Below are positions 63,138 through 64,000 of a stretch of DNA of 64,000 nucleotides, in pieces; within the stretch, counting starts at the first letter, position 1; each line of letters begins with the position of its first letter. The notes beneath the pieces are model-generated. The model worked only from the letters and a program-made list of their open reading frames with translations. It searched no databases and had not been told where the DNA came from. The position numbers were made by a program, and so were the translations under genes. Origin of the DNA: Squalus acanthias (Eukaryota); the NCBI GenBank assembly GCA_030390025.1, contig CM059432.1:132496001-132560000 (forward strand). Direction: 5' to 3'.

Positions 63138-63819
63138 GTAGTTAGCCCTGGATCATACTCAAACTTGGGTCCTTCTAATTGGTGTGTGGGGGTCAAGTAC
63201 TTGACTACCCCAGCTACTGGATCATGTTCAGAGTATTAATTTGCTTTAATGTCATTTACTATCATCTAGTTAATTGGAATAACAGACACATATCAAGCGG
63301 AAATTCAAGGTACAAATCCAATTGAGATGTCCAGACAGCCTTATCAACTTTGAGAGCAAATCTTCAAATGATTTATGTTTGCTTTCTGAATTCACTGGTT
63401 AGATCAATAATATAGGCAGGATAGCAAATATTCACTTAAAATTGTTTTTTCTCATCTGTGGGGTAGTATTTCAAAATTGTCGTGATGCAGGGCAAGAGGT
63501 ATTGCCATTTTACACCATACATCTTCCAAGGTATTCCAGAACACAATAGAACCTATAGTGATCGGACCTACAGAGTGCATTCATGTCTGTTTCTCCAGAC
63601 TTCGTACTGCAACTAAACCACAACTCTGTTTAATTCTTTACAGTGTACATTATTGTGCCTTTGGGTGATTCCGAATTATGCCTTCGAAATATTCAGCTGA
63701 TGGTGTAACCTTGCATCACCTTTAACATACTTTTAAAATGATGTCTTCATGTTTCTTTGGAAGTCCTGCATCTAATTTATGACCTTATTGTATCATCTTA
63801 ACATCTCCATTTTTCACAG

Positions 63820-64000
63820 ATGGGTAGCCTTTTCACACAATAGGTAGTGGAAATCTGGAACTCTCTCCCTCAAAAAGCTGTTGAGGCTAAGTCAATAGAA
63901 AATTTCAAAACTGAGATGAATAGATTTTATGTTAGGTAAGGGTATTAAGGGATAAGGAAGCAAGGCGGGTAGGTGGAGTTAAGATTCAGATTAGCCATGA
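63820..64000 (+). mobile_element. CR1 3' fragment (cut by window edge)
   Basis: ctggaactctctccctcaaaaagctgttgaggc... CR1 3' end. Confidence 0.85.

Overview
Eukaryotic, repeat-dominated genomic DNA with no recognisable host protein-coding gene. The repeat inventory points to a cartilaginous fish, most likely a shark (inference): CR1 LINEs with (ATTCTATG)n/(TTCTTATG)n tails, Deu-domain tRNA SINEs, RTE and L2 fragments, and Penelope-like elements (PLEs). Almost all long ORFs derive from transposons or repeats. Main contents: (1) a near-complete two-gene PIF/Harbinger transposon (42153-45418), further transposase and Myb fragments, and about a dozen non-autonomous Harbinger/MITE insertions with 3-bp TSDs; (2) PLE fragments whose terminal repeats carry minimal hammerhead-ribozyme motifs, including two fold-back insertions from different families that appear to turn around at the ribozyme core; (3) a 79-bp exact copy of neighbouring LINE DNA inserted in the middle of one fold-back; (4) a 1636-bp solo LTR with a 4-bp TSD; (5) a 1.5-kb 21/27-bp minisatellite; (6) repeat-poor islands that may be conserved non-coding elements, plus two weak exon candidates. 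Family names come from motif recognition, not database searches. Boundaries without a stated TSD are approximate.
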